Assembly: GCA_012295275.1 (NCBI GenBank)
Contig: CM022667.1
Span: forward strand, 558,001 to 622,000
DNA: 64,000 nucleotides
Direction of reading: 5' to 3'
From: Chrysomallon squamiferum
Lineage: Eukaryota > Animalia > Mollusca
Both the position numbers and the translations under genes were made by a program. Numbering within the stretch: the first letter of the stretch is position 1; every line of letters starts with the position of its first letter. The notes under the pieces were generated by a model. That model worked only from the letters and a program-made list of their open reading frames with translations, made no database searches and was not told where the DNA came from. Shown piece after piece: positions 40,109-54,269 of the stretch.

Positions 40109-43100
40109 GGAAAAAGCAATAAGAATCTGAAATAACATACTATCCATTATAGTTCACATACAAAAATAACTGATATAAATATGTTAATATTTATTTTTAA
40201 AAAAAAAATATCTGACAGCTGTTTTTTTATTTTCTGCATTTTCGTTTAAAAATCTCTGCTATTATTTCCCACTTATTTTTAGTAATGTATTTATTTATTT
40301 TTATTATTTGAATTTATTTTACAAATGGGCAATAACAAAAATACTTATACTTCAAAAGGTAATTGAAAAACAATAGCAGTATTAATTAGTTTCTTATTAT
40401 TACAACTGATAATAATTAACTTGGTAAAGTTTTATACTGCATTTATTTAAACATTGATAAATCCAGAGAACAAATAAGAACATTATCTCCACGTCTGCCA
40501 AACAAACAAAGATTGGGGTACCATGGTGACAGCATCTGTAGCTCACTGCATTGAAAATATATGAGTAAACCATGAAATTATTCTAAAAAGTCGAAAAAAA
40601 ATAAACAAAATGTGGGATCTCCCATAGAGTTAATTGGAACAAAAAGAGATCTCCATGTGAAAAAAAAAAGGGATAAAATTTACTGACTTAATAATACTAA
40701 AACATTTTTAAAAAGATCTAATTTACAATTGTAATTCACAAATGGTTTCTTAAAGGTTGTTTATCTCATGGGATAAAAAAAAAAAAAAAAAAAAATAGGA
40801 GATTTAGATATTAAAGGATAACAGTAATTTGTTGTGTGTTGACAAAGAAATTTTTGTATCATTCTGTTATTAAAATTATTTGCAGAATACAGTAACATAA
40901 AAAGAAATTGAGATGCAGTTATCACAGTTTCTTTCAAGATTATTTTAACAACCAATAATTTGTCTTTTCACTGGTAATTTTCAACAAATATTTGTTTTAT
41001 ATTATATTACACCCTTATTAAAAAGAATTAAAACTATTACTTTCATTTAAATCTTCTTTATCATTTTTAAGCTACAGTATAATTTTTATTTTTTTATATT
41101 TAGTTTTGAAAAGGATACATACACACACATTTCGTAAATCTGTTAATAATAATTCTTTTGGGAAAAAAAATAAGAAATATATATATGTATATATTTGGTT
41201 AAAAAAATATATTATTCTTCAAATTATGTTTATTGTTTATATCTTACAAGCATTTATACCTCTTCTGATCAACATGGCTAAATCTTTACAATATCTTTAA
41301 ACTCTTCATTATCAACATGGCTAACATCAAAAATATTAAATATGGTAGAAGTGGGAAAACCAATTTTTGATCTACGATTTAACTGTTATTATTACCTATT
41401 ATTTTTAAATTTCATTTAAAACAAACATGGCTTCCTCATACTGTTTCGTAAATGCACTGAGCTATAGTGAACCGAACTGTGGAACAAACGAAAAAGTCAG
41501 GAAAGATAACTCCAACTTGAAGACTTACGCAGCAGGCTCCATCCACTATCAGTGCTGCTTCCAAGATAGTACGTAATGTTAGCATCAGTCTAAGGTGGAA
41601 AAACAGGCAGTGATACAGGAAGAACAAAAAAAAAAAAAAATAATAATAATAAAAAAATAATAACACTACTACTAGCTATACGGAGAAACAAAAAAATAAT
41701 TAGAAAAAAAAAAAAAAAAAAAAAAATTCCAATGCTCACATTCAAAGAAAGAGTAAGTTTAAATCACACACACAGCACATGTTAGAAACATTACAAATTA
41801 AAAATAAATTCATGCACACGTAGAAAAGGATTCGAGATTTGATTTGTGTTCTAAATGATGATTGTAAATTTCTGCATGTTAATAAATTTCGAAATAACAA
41901 AAATAAAATTTAAAAAAAAATAAATAAATAAATGACAAATCTGTCATAAATATTCAATTAGATGTGTGTCATTTTGTATTAGGTTCTTTTTATTTTATTT
42001 TATTTTTTTTTTATTATTATTATTCGATTCAAAAATGGCATGAAATGTTTTTGGTTAGCAGTTAAGGAATGAATGCACTGTTAACCAAAAAAATATATTT
42101 AGTAAAATTCAAAAATCAAACATTTCTAAAGAAATGAGGGATGTGGAATTTGTCTGTTGTCAAGCACTAAAACATGAATACTTAAGGGAAGAAAAGTTAA
42201 AAACCAGTTTTAAAATATGCTTTAAAACAAGTTTCAAAACGCAACAGATTTGAACTTTCGGTGTTGACTAATTATTAGTTTTAAAATTGTCAATTTAAAG
42301 CATTGAAAATATTCTTTAATTTCTTATAAACATAACTCGTTTTTGCACTGTGAATTTTTTAGATGCAGAAAATCTCTGTAGAGTTTTTGAAGTATTTGTA
42401 AATCTTAACCCAGGTAATGAAATACATACAATAATATAATGAAGAAAAATAATAATTAAATAAAAAGCTCTTATATCATACAAATCTTTATTATAAAAAA
42501 ACCACATGGTTTCTAAAAGCATTGTAAATATTAATCTATTTGTTAATCATACTACACAATTTTACTCAGGACTATTCAAAACTGTCTTGAAAAAAAAAAT
42601 TTTAAATTAAAAAATTCAAGCAGAGTAAAATAATTATATTTCATATAATAAAATCTAAAAATCTAATTTGGATTTATTTTCAAATTCCTAAAACTGAAAA
42701 AAAAAAAATAAAAGTTATTTTTTTCATCATGTACATCACATTTTTATATCTGGTATATTAAAACAAAGAGAAAAAAAAAGTATTGTTTTTGTTTTTTAAA
42801 TTTGCCATTTGCAAATTAATTTTTAATTTATCTGTTTAGAATTTTTTTGTATCTTATTAAAATTTTGCTGTAGCTTTACATTATAAAATATTTTAAAAAT
42901 CAGGCTATATATATAGGATATATTAAACTTACATTGGCAGGAACATAATCTGCAGAACTCTTTGAAGAAGATCTTTGAGACTGTCTGACTGATTCTTCTT
43001 TCTGCCAGAAAATACAACACAGCATCGCCAACGTCTGAACATCAAAGAGTGAGCCATAGTGGTCAAGTCTGAAACAGAAAACTCCACAGTTTACTGAATT

Positions 43101-46100
43101 TACTAGACAGATGAAAGATAAATAACAATAAAGTATGCACATCTATTTATTTTATTTTGGCACACTGGGCTGGTCAAATGTGTACACTTATTTAATACCA
43201 GTCTATTTTATTTTGGAAACTGTAATTATCAAACATTTATATCTTTTTAAAACCAGTCTATTTAAATATATTAGACAATAAATGGTAATGGTCAATTATC
43301 AAAATTTGGGTAACTTTTTCAAAAACTAGTTTCTATTTATATATATATTTTTAGACAATAAATATGGTTATGATTAATATATTTAAACCTTCATTATTTA
43401 TTCAAAAACATTAAACTGGTTGAACCTAGAGGCATACATCTATTTAAAAAATTCAATCTTTTTAAATATGAATTAGACAAATGAATGTAAAAGTAATTAT
43501 AATAAAGTCACATTTACAGGTTAACAGAATCAGATTTTTACCAAAACCAGTTATTCAGATAATATACATAGAATAAAAAGATAACAATCAAAATATTCAA
43601 TGCCTGGCAGAAATATATCCTTTAAACAAAATGAAATAAAGAGGCCAAAAATTTTATGGTAGAAAATGAAAAACCAATTTTGAATCTAGGATTTAACTGT
43701 TATTCTTACATTGTTTTCAGTAATGGTCGACCGAACTGGGAACTTGCCCAGGGAGGACCCCGGTCAGGATCTTCGTGAGAATGTAGTTCTTTGTTTGACA
43801 TCACAGACACCAGAGACCAGATCTGAAATTAACATTACAAGAAGATAAAGGTTTTTAACTTTTTTATGTAACTCTGATAGAACACTGTTTAAAACACAAC
43901 ATGAGAGTATTATTTATAACAGATGTCATGGTTGAAGTTGCATTTAAAAGAAAACAGCTCCTTAAGGAGTATTATTAAAAACAGATGTTACAGTCATTTC
44001 ATATGCAATGTAAATAAAATAGTATTTAAAAAATATATATAATAGTCAAAGCTCAGTCCAATAATTTAATGAAATAGGAAATATCCCAAAAGGCTAAATT
44101 TAAAAAAGGTACTTTATCTGTAATAGTCCTCAATGATGAGTTTCTAAGACAGATATTTCTAAATGATGAATGATCCTTTTTGAATTCTAAGATTTATCAA
44201 TACTCATATATCTTTTTTAGACATATATATTTTAATTAACCTAATAGAGGCATCTGAAATTCCGAATAACATTATAAACGTAATTTAAAAAAAATAGAAA
44301 AAATTAATTTAACTTACCTGAGCTAAATCTTTTCTGCCAACATCGGCAGCAGCAGCAGCATTGTGACAACATGTCTTTGGAATGTCTGTAGGGTCCAGTC
44401 TGTAATTACCAAAACATTAGCTTAACATAATAGATTTATTTATTTCTTGTTATAAAATGGAAAGCCACTGATGTCACACTAAAGATTAGTCTGACTGGTT
44501 ACCTAAATACAAAGGATTCTTGTAAATGCTTTTTCACAAAGGTAGTAATGAAAAATTGCTTGACAAGTTACAACATGGAAAGGGAATAGTTCATTGTGAT
44601 AACTTACTGAAACTGGAAATCAACCAATATCAGTAAACAAAAATAAGAAATAGCTCAGGTGTGATAACTTACTGATGTGGAAAATAGCTCAAAGTGTAGT
44701 GATAAGGAAAACAGAACAATGTTAAGAACTTAATAGTGAAATGGGAAATAACCCAATAATACCTACTAAAATGAGAAATATGCCAGCATAACTTATCAAA
44801 ATGGGAAATATCTCAGTGTCATAATGTACTGAATAAAAAAAAGATCCCAGTGTAAAAGCTTACTGAAATGGTAAATGGCCTGAATAAGTGGAAAAAACTC
44901 AATGTCATAAATTACTGAAATAAGAAACACCCAAATGTAAACACACAGTAGCAAAAAGTGACTAATATGGAACAAGTTACTAGACTGACAAATATTTTAA
45001 AACTTGATTATAAAAATAATATTTACCGAAAAATAAAGAGGCACTTTATGAATATGCTAACAAATATATATATAAAAAAACAACTCAAGTGCAACACAAA
45101 CAACATGAATTTGTGAACAAGTGTTAACTACTAACATGTAGTTTTCTGCCAGCTGTTTGCTGACTGGAAGTAAGGCAGACATGTCGTAGACCTTCACTGG
45201 GCCAGCTTTTGTTTGTTTTTTACTTGATTTATCACACTCGTGAGATCTCAACTCTGAAGTTTCACGTAACTTCGTCTTACTTCTTGATCGAGGCTTCTGG
45301 AAAACAGAACATATTATGTCATAGAGATAAAGCAGGAACTGTTCTGGTTATTAATAAGAATATAAATATGATTAGTTAAAATAGAATCTTATAAATATTA
45401 AAAAATATAAAAAAAAAAAGAAAGAGTATATATTAAAGTGTTATAAAAATATTTTTGTAAATATTAAAGATTGTTTTATATAATTTGTAAAATAAAATTG
45501 TCTTTTGAGTTTCAACTTTCTGGATAGTTAAAATGTTATGAAAATTTTTTTTTTATATATTAAGCATATTAAGGGCTTTTACTATATCAAAACATTAATG
45601 AAATATATTTATCAATTATAATCAAGAGTACTTTAAGCCAAAAGATTATAACTTTCTTAATGTAACAATTTATTAACTTTGTGTCATCTTTAATTGGTCT
45701 GTTTATTTCCCTAAACACTAAACTTATAAGAAAAAAAGCATTTTCTTCTAAAGTATTTTGAATGTTTTACTAACTTTTTCTTTGTATGTGTAGAAAGCAC
45801 TGATTGAAAAAGAGTCAGCACTGGCTGATGGGGACTCTGGGAGAAAAGCACAGAGAGGGGTGCAGCCTGTGCAGATTTGATCCAGGTGCCCTCACCATAG
45901 ACTGTCAGCTCTGACAGTGACCTGGAATAAATAAATAAACAACACTTCAACATTAAGGTGTACTTGTGGTAGCACAAATACATTTTTGTTATACTTCTCT
46001 GTTACGATTTTTCTGTTTTCAGTTCATATCAAAGTATTAGTCTTAATATTGAGTTTTGTATGGGTTTTTTTTTTGGTGGGGGGTGGATTATTATTATTTT

Positions 46101-49100
46101 TATTATATTATTTTATAGTGAGAGTATATGAGAAGTAAGTTAGGAGTAAAAAAAAATAAAAAAATCATTTTAACAATTTTACTATTGTTACAAGTTCAAT
46201 TAAATCTTGTTTTCTTTTCTTTCTTTTTTTCAACATAACAAAAAAAAAAAAATTCTAAAATATTTAAAACTAACTTTGGTGTAACTTCTTCCCCTCTGGC
46301 TATTTTCTTCATTTCTGGAGGACGTTGAAAGACAACTAATTTACCTGAGAGAGAAAAGGAAAAAAGAAAAGTGATCCATGTTTAATAAATTAAATAGATT
46401 TAAATTAAAAAAAATATATATAATAACAGTAATAACTTTCCGGTATTATGAGCTATTTCATAGTTAATTATTTTTAATTTCAAGTATATACATGCAAATC
46501 TATGTAAGGAATTTATTTCGACTGAATTAATTATTATGAAAGTGTTTGTGTGCATGAGTGACTGTGTTTATGTGTGTTATGTGCATGTATTTAAGTGTAT
46601 GTATATAATATATATGTGGGAAAATCTGTGTGCTAACATATATTTCCTTTACATTCATTTTTCCAAAGAAACAGAGTTTTTGATAAACTTGTTCTAGAGC
46701 ATTGGCTAGAATTGGAAAAAGACCAATAGAATCATTCAGGAGGACTGATCCTACAATCTATCATGCTTTAGACCAGCACTATAACTGAGCTACATCACAG
46801 TCCACTTTTTTATAATTAATGAATTAATTAAAACATTAAGAAAACCCATTAAATAAAGCTAGTGAACCTAATTTATGAAACTTACCAACAGAACAAAACC
46901 TGGCTCCACTTGTTCTGGGAAATGGAACACTGGAATCCTGGAAACTGCTAATACTGTAAATGGGTAGGAAGTTTGCGGATGGTATTACTGCTGGACTCTG
47001 CTGTATGTTGAATGAGGCTACTGAATCTGGAGATTTCCGTTCCATTTTCTACAACAATTATTATTATTAATTTTTATTCTTGTAATTATTATTAGTATTA
47101 GTAGTAGTGGCAGTGTAGTAGTAGTGGCAGTGATAGTAGTAGTGGTAGTGATAGTAGTGGTAGTAGTATAGTAATGGTAATAATAATAGCAGTAGTAGCA
47201 GCAGCATTAATAACAATATTAAAGAAAATTACAAGTAAATTGAAGAGGTTTAATATGAAAAATATGTAAATCTTTTTAAACTAAGATTAAAATTTACTAG
47301 TAAATGCAATGAAAAATAAATTAATTAATTAATTAAAAACTAACATATATATATATATTTATAAAATTATGGAAATGAAATAATAACAAAAAACCCCAGA
47401 ACAAAATAAAATTAAATTAAATGTGATAAAAGTAAATTATAATAATAAAATATTATAAAGAAATATATTTAAAAAGAGAATTGCATTTTAAAATCTTACT
47501 GTCATGTTGTCAAGGGCAGCTATCAACTGTCGCAGACAAGGTTCCAGACAATTCATCTTTCTCTGCACCTGATTCTGTGATGTACTTGTCAACACCTGTA
47601 AAAAAAATATTATTTTATCATATATCATTTTTTTTTTTTTTTTTTTTGTCAAATATTAATATCACATCATTTTTTTTTTTTTTATTAAATATCATTTTTC
47701 TTTTATCAGACAATAATATAACAAATAAAATTTTCATTTATTAGATAGAAATATATCAAATATAATTTTTATTGTATTAGATAGTAATATAACAAATACA
47801 ATTTTTTTTTTTTTACCAAACTGTAATGAAACAAGTATCATTTTTCTTTTATCAGATAGTAATATAAGAAATATCATTTTCTTGTATCATTTACAGTATC
47901 TTAACCATATTTTGGCAGTCTGTTTACAATGAAACAACAGAACTAATTATGAAATTAAGAAAAACATTTTCTTTTTTTAATTTAACTGATAAAAAGTTAA
48001 TAAATTTTTCTTTTTCAATTTTTGTATTTTTACTGTATTTTTTTCAAAGCGTGTTTGTAATGAAAGAGTAATAATCAATCTACAGCAAGAGTTCTTTTTT
48101 TTTTGTACAGTTTAAAAAAAAAAAAAAAAAAATAAACATAACTAAATCTTTGATAAACCAGTTCAGAGATGTTGGCTGGGAAAAGGTATCAAATAAACAT
48201 AATTAACTTGGTTTTTTTTAATGTCACATATGTATTTGTTTATGTTTTTTTTCTTTAGCTATGTAATGGACACCTCACATTCCTGTTATATGTTTAAACA
48301 AAAATCTTTCTGAAATCTGTGCACCATAAAACAAATTTGTCTTTCAGTTGTGTTTATCCTTAACAAAACTCGAGTGAAAACCTACACCCATCAAAATCCG
48401 CTCATCCATTTATTGATAAAAATCTGACTGTAAATACCTTTATAAGCTGTTTTTGCTGGGAAGACTCCAGGGTGGTGTGCACAAACTGGAAAGATGGTGG
48501 CGTGCCATTGGGGTAGTTGGTGGGAAATGTCAGCTTGACACTGACAACGTGGTTCCCACTGTGTGCAGTTACCTTGCATGTCCGGTTAATGGCATCCATC
48601 TGAAATTTGCCACAATCAGATTATTTTCAAAACAAAATTAATTATTTGGAAATGAAATTTACAAGAAAAATACAACTTTTTTTAATATTAATATTCATTA
48701 TAATAATTTTTATGTTAAAAATCTCTCTCTCTGTTCCCCCCAATGCATATATGTACATATTTTTGTGTGTGTGTGTGTGTGTTTGTACGTGTGTGCACAT
48801 GTGTGTGTGTGTGAGTGTGTGTATATATGTACATTTGAATTATAAAAACAAATTTCAATTCCAAACAACATCAGTCTAATAACAACAACAAAATAATAAT
48901 AATAAAAATAAGAAAAGAAATAAAAAAAATAAAAAAAAAAGAAAAGGAAAAAGAAAAGAAAAAGAAAATGAAGAATATGTTTTTCTACAACTCAACTTTT
49001 TTGTTACATACCTCTTCAATGGTGACATTGTTGATGTTTTTGTTGATGAGGGAGAATTCTTGTTGCAGTGTCTGAGGTTTGTGCGACGCCATCTGAACCT

Positions 49101-50913
49101 CGTTGTCTGGAACAACCTCTTCAGTTGTTGTTTGTCCGTTCACACGTCTGTCTGCTGTGTCTGCACCCTCCACTCTGTCAGCACCGACATCTCCAACAGG
49201 ACAGTGACCACACAGCTGTCAGTGGTGAAAAATTAATAATAATAATAATAATGATGACGATAATGATGATGGTGATAATGATAATGATGATAAAAAGGAT
49301 AACAACAATGATGATGATAATGATAAGAAATAAGAAATCATAATGATGATGATGATAATGATGATAATAAGGATAATAATGATGATGATGATGAAGTATT
49401 GTTATTAATGTGTCCAACAGGAAAGTGACAACATCTATCATTGTATTGATGTTTTGATGATTATGATGATGATGATGGTGTTGGTGGTAGTGATGATAAC
49501 GTTTCTGCTGTTAGTGATGATGATGATTTATCTTACATAAAACAACAATTCTAATTTCATCTCCAGCAATTGAAATAAAAGTAAAAACAAAAAGAACTGT
49601 CATAAAAAACAAACACTGGATTATGTCAAATGGGTGGGTTTATATACAAGTTGTATGTAAGTGTACTGAAAATGTTCATTTATTTGTTTGTTTGTTTGTT
49701 TGTTTGTTCATTTATTTATTTGTTTCTTTGTTTAATTAATTAATTAATTTATTTATTTATTTTCGTAGACTTCAGTATTTATATATTTATATATCAGCCC
49801 TGAAGCTGATAGCACAGGATAACCACATCTGTTACAAATGGTATCAGATGTTGACACCAACTCCCAGTAGTTTTTGTTTTGTTTTTAATTAAGATTTTCA
49901 TGTCGTTATCAGTAGTAAATCTGAACAAGCAGTCACAGTAACAGCCCTGTAGTTATACAGTTTTTACCAACGACACATCATTTATTTAACCAATCAGATA
50001 TTTTTATTATGATGTGTATTTATCTGATGTAGCCAAAATGACAAGATAAATTAAAAAATTGATTAAGATTTCTCCCCAAAAAGTAAATTAGCACACAATA
50101 ATTGATAATTCAAAAATATCTATCAGTTATTGGGTTTCAAACAGAAACTTTAATTAACTGATACGTTTTTGTTTTATTTATACCTTTTAATTAATAACAG
50201 GCAAGACTAAACAGGTAAATACATCTATGACTAAATCAAGTTTTGAATGTGAGCTAAATATTTATGTATGTATATATCTGTGCATGTATGCATGTATGTT
50301 TGTATGTATGTATCTATGTATCTATGTTTATCCTTCTTACAAAAAGAGAGAAACGTGCATCATCAACAGACAGATAAAGGTAAAAAAATAATGTATAAAT
50401 GAAAAAAGAAACCTCCTGCAAGGATGATATATATAATAAGCTAGTTTTGGAATTCAGCTAATGGGTATGCAGATAGATTGTGTGAAATACAGCTAATTTA
50501 GGTCTGTGACCTGATTTTTTTATATAAAGTAACCTGAATATATTACGAGCTAGATGTTTGTTCTTAAAACACTGCAAATACTGATGATGTTTTATATAAA
50601 ACATTATATTACAGCATTTGAGTAAAACATACATTACATATGTACATACATAATGACTATACAATAATAATTATATAGACATAAACATAACAAATATGCT
50701 AATATCATAAAATCATATAACAAACAAAACTGATATCGGTAAAACTTTAACAATGACCTGGGATAAATTACCTGTCATCTGTTACCTGTCTTTGGCTGTG
50801 TCTGTGTGTCTGTCTATGTGTGTGGTAACTATTGCCGCCTTTTTTTTTAAATATTTAAATAAACAAAATAAACAAATAAATCTTCTTTTGCAATGACATA
50901 CCTGACTTTTTTT

Positions 50914-50948
<35 letters not shown>

Positions 50949-51139
50949 CAAACATGTAATCTGCAATATCCCTGCATCGTGACAACCAGAAATCACTGAA
51001 CATGTTTAAATCACAAACAAACAGTATCACAGAATTATAGCAACAACAACAAAAACAAATAAATCCAGGTCATCTCAGGTCAAGTGTGGCACAAACTCCA
51101 CCCCTCTTAATCTGATTTGCTTTTTTTTTATAAACAAAA

Positions 51140-51174
<35 letters not shown>

Positions 51175-52338
51175 TGGTGATTAAAGATTAAATGAAGAAG
51201 AAGAAAAAGAAGAAAAGAAAAACAAACTCACAGTGCATTTGCCCATTAACTACACTGCAGTCAAACAGCAAAGTTTTGGGGATTTTTTTTTTTTTTATGT
51301 TTCTGTGCTGAGCCATAAAATATGGTTTATTAAAAATACATAGATTACTTATATAGGTCAGAAAGAAAAAAAAAAAAAAAAAAGTATTTCACACAGAATA
51401 TTATGACTGAAAAGATGATGATGATGCTCTAGAAAAAATAACCCAGATATTATTATCATTATTATTTTTTATTATTATTATTATTATTATTTTAAATTTT
51501 TTAAATACATGAAAACGAAAGATCCTTTGTTTTAGCTAACACTTCTTGTTACTAGATCTGATCTAACCCACTCGGCTTCTTCATGTCAGATCACTCTTAG
51601 CCAAAGTCGGGACCCCCTATGAATGTTCAGCCCTATAAAATCACTCGACTGTGTCTTTGTTTACATCCTACACAGATATAAATGAAACAGCTGGTATTCC
51701 AGGCATTGTACAGTTGGGGTCCATGGTTCAGTGATTTTACAGTATCAACCTCAAGGCCGAACGGTAACAGAGCCACAAAGATTCTGTGACTCCATTGTAA
51801 CTGGTTTGATAAAAATCCAAATTTAATGAGACACTTGACACACTGATGCTAATACTCATGAGAACACAACCCAGGCATATTTATCCTGCTTCGTGAAACT
51901 AATACTTGGTCCTGTAACAGAGTTTTCTCTGTCGCAGATGCAGATACATTTCACCAATGCTTGCTGTATCAGTCTGCTAACATTTTGCAATCCTATCCTG
52001 GTCTGCAGTGAAGTTACCAAAAACGAAAAATTACATTCGGAAGACTGAATAAAATAACCACAAACGAAGACAGAGAAGACACAGAAAATGTTACAGCTAA
52101 TGTCAAACACCAGTTAGCAATAGGTTGTAGCTAAGTAATTGAAAGATAGAAAATATTTCATAGTTAACACACACACACACACACACACACAATGATCCTC
52201 ATAGAAGTAATGGTTAGGTTTGATATTTATTTGAAAAATAATAAAACTGAAATAAATATTAATATGAGCTGCAAAACAGACTTGAGTTCAAATGGATTAG
52301 AAACCACCAATATATTTTATTGGGATGATGATGATGAA

Positions 52339-52404
<66 letters not shown>

Positions 52405-52473
52405 AACAACAACAATAATAAATAAAATTTTAAAAACATAATTATACAAAATAATAATAATAAAAATAATAAA

Positions 52474-52531
<58 letters not shown>

Positions 52532-54219
52532 TAATAATTTAAAACATTTGCCAGCAGTGATTGAATATAAAAACACACCTACCTCAACTACACAAAACAC
52601 AATTTCCTTGTTTACATTTCATGATATAATCAGGTAAAAAAAATGGTTATCATTCCTTAAATAGCAATGAAAAAAAAAACCTACATTCCAAACACTATTT
52701 ATCTTTGTTACAGAATATCCTATGTGGTATGTAACACAGATTATGAAAGCTCAGACATAATCTATTATTTTTAAGACTAAACTGGGGTTTCTTAATCTGC
52801 ACACTGCTTATTTTAATATGTATCTTTAAAAGCAGTAATGATGACTGTGGGTTGTAACAGTAGTAGTGACAGTGATATTGATATCAGTAGTAACTAAAGT
52901 AGTGGTTGAAATGATAGCTGAAGGGATGACATCACAGGTACATGGATAAGTCCACAATTGTCCTTTGTTTTTTTTTTTTTTTTTTTTGTTTTTTTCAAAA
53001 AAGAAAAGAAAAAAAAAAAAGTTTTAAAGTTCAATAGATAGTTAAAAATCAAGAAATCATGCACCTTCAATTGGATACATTGACATTTCCTACAGAAAGA
53101 AGATGATAAATGCAAATGTTGTAGTAGCAGTAACAGCAGCAGCAGTAGTAGTATAGTAATGGAATTAATTATAGTAAGTAACAGCAGTAGTAGTAGTAGT
53201 AGTAGTAGTATAGTAATGGTATTAATTAAAGTAATTGTAACAGCAGTAGTCAGTAGGATAGTAATGGCATAATTAAAGGGATGGTGGTAGTAGTAGTAGT
53301 AAGTATCACCAGGCATCAGTGTAGTAGTAGTAATAGCAGCAGTAACAGTAGTAGTAGCAACAGTATAGTAGTGTTAATAGCAGTAGTTGTAGTAGTAGTA
53401 GTAGTAAATACTGGTAGCAGCAGTAATTATAGTAATAGTAGTAAGTTCAGCAATAGTAGTCGAAAATACAGTCATTTTCCAAGAATAAGTCCAGGGATAT
53501 AAAATATTCCACTAGTACTAGTAGTCTGTACTTGGAGGTCAGTCAAATATATAAATTACACTGGTCATTTAGTATATATATATATATATACCCATCTTCT
53601 AATAAACAGCTAAACACACAGTGAAGTAACCACTAACTAAACCACATAAGACTCTAAGTTAGGATGAGAAGTAATTATCCAGTGAACAAAACCCTTAACC
53701 CAAATCACAGCAGAGCAGCTGTAGTATGAGGCTTACTGCAGTATAAAACTAGTGTGGGTTTGCTACATGGCAGTTTGACTCCTTGAGACCATCCAGTACA
53801 GACAGCAATACGAAGATGCACAGCTAAATCAGAGATGATCACAATATGCATGGAGACAGCACGGACAAGTGTCTTAAGACTCATCTATTATTACCCATAT
53901 AATTAGTATATTATGTGATGTTCCATTTCTTAATATGCATTACGATGATAATTAATGTATAATGTGACACTCTCCATTCCGTTTATTGTGCTGTGTTTAT
54001 GTAACCTAAATGATTTGTTTATCAGTAGTGCAGTGTCAGTATGCTTAGGTCACTTCCCGGTTGGGGCCTGTTGCTCATTCTCAGGAGCACAGCATACAAC
54101 ACAGAGGCTTTACAGTCATTTCATAAGGAATGTATGTTAATACAGCAAATACATCTAAATGTAGTTTAAATTTTAATTATTAAATATTTTTCCACATAAA
54201 AAATGATTTGCCAAAAAAC

Positions 54220-54269
<50 letters not shown>

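Noticed and set aside
46735-46803. Possible tRNA gene
   Set aside because: Promoter-box-like motifs are present but I could not form acceptor and anticodon stems; treated as a SINE head.
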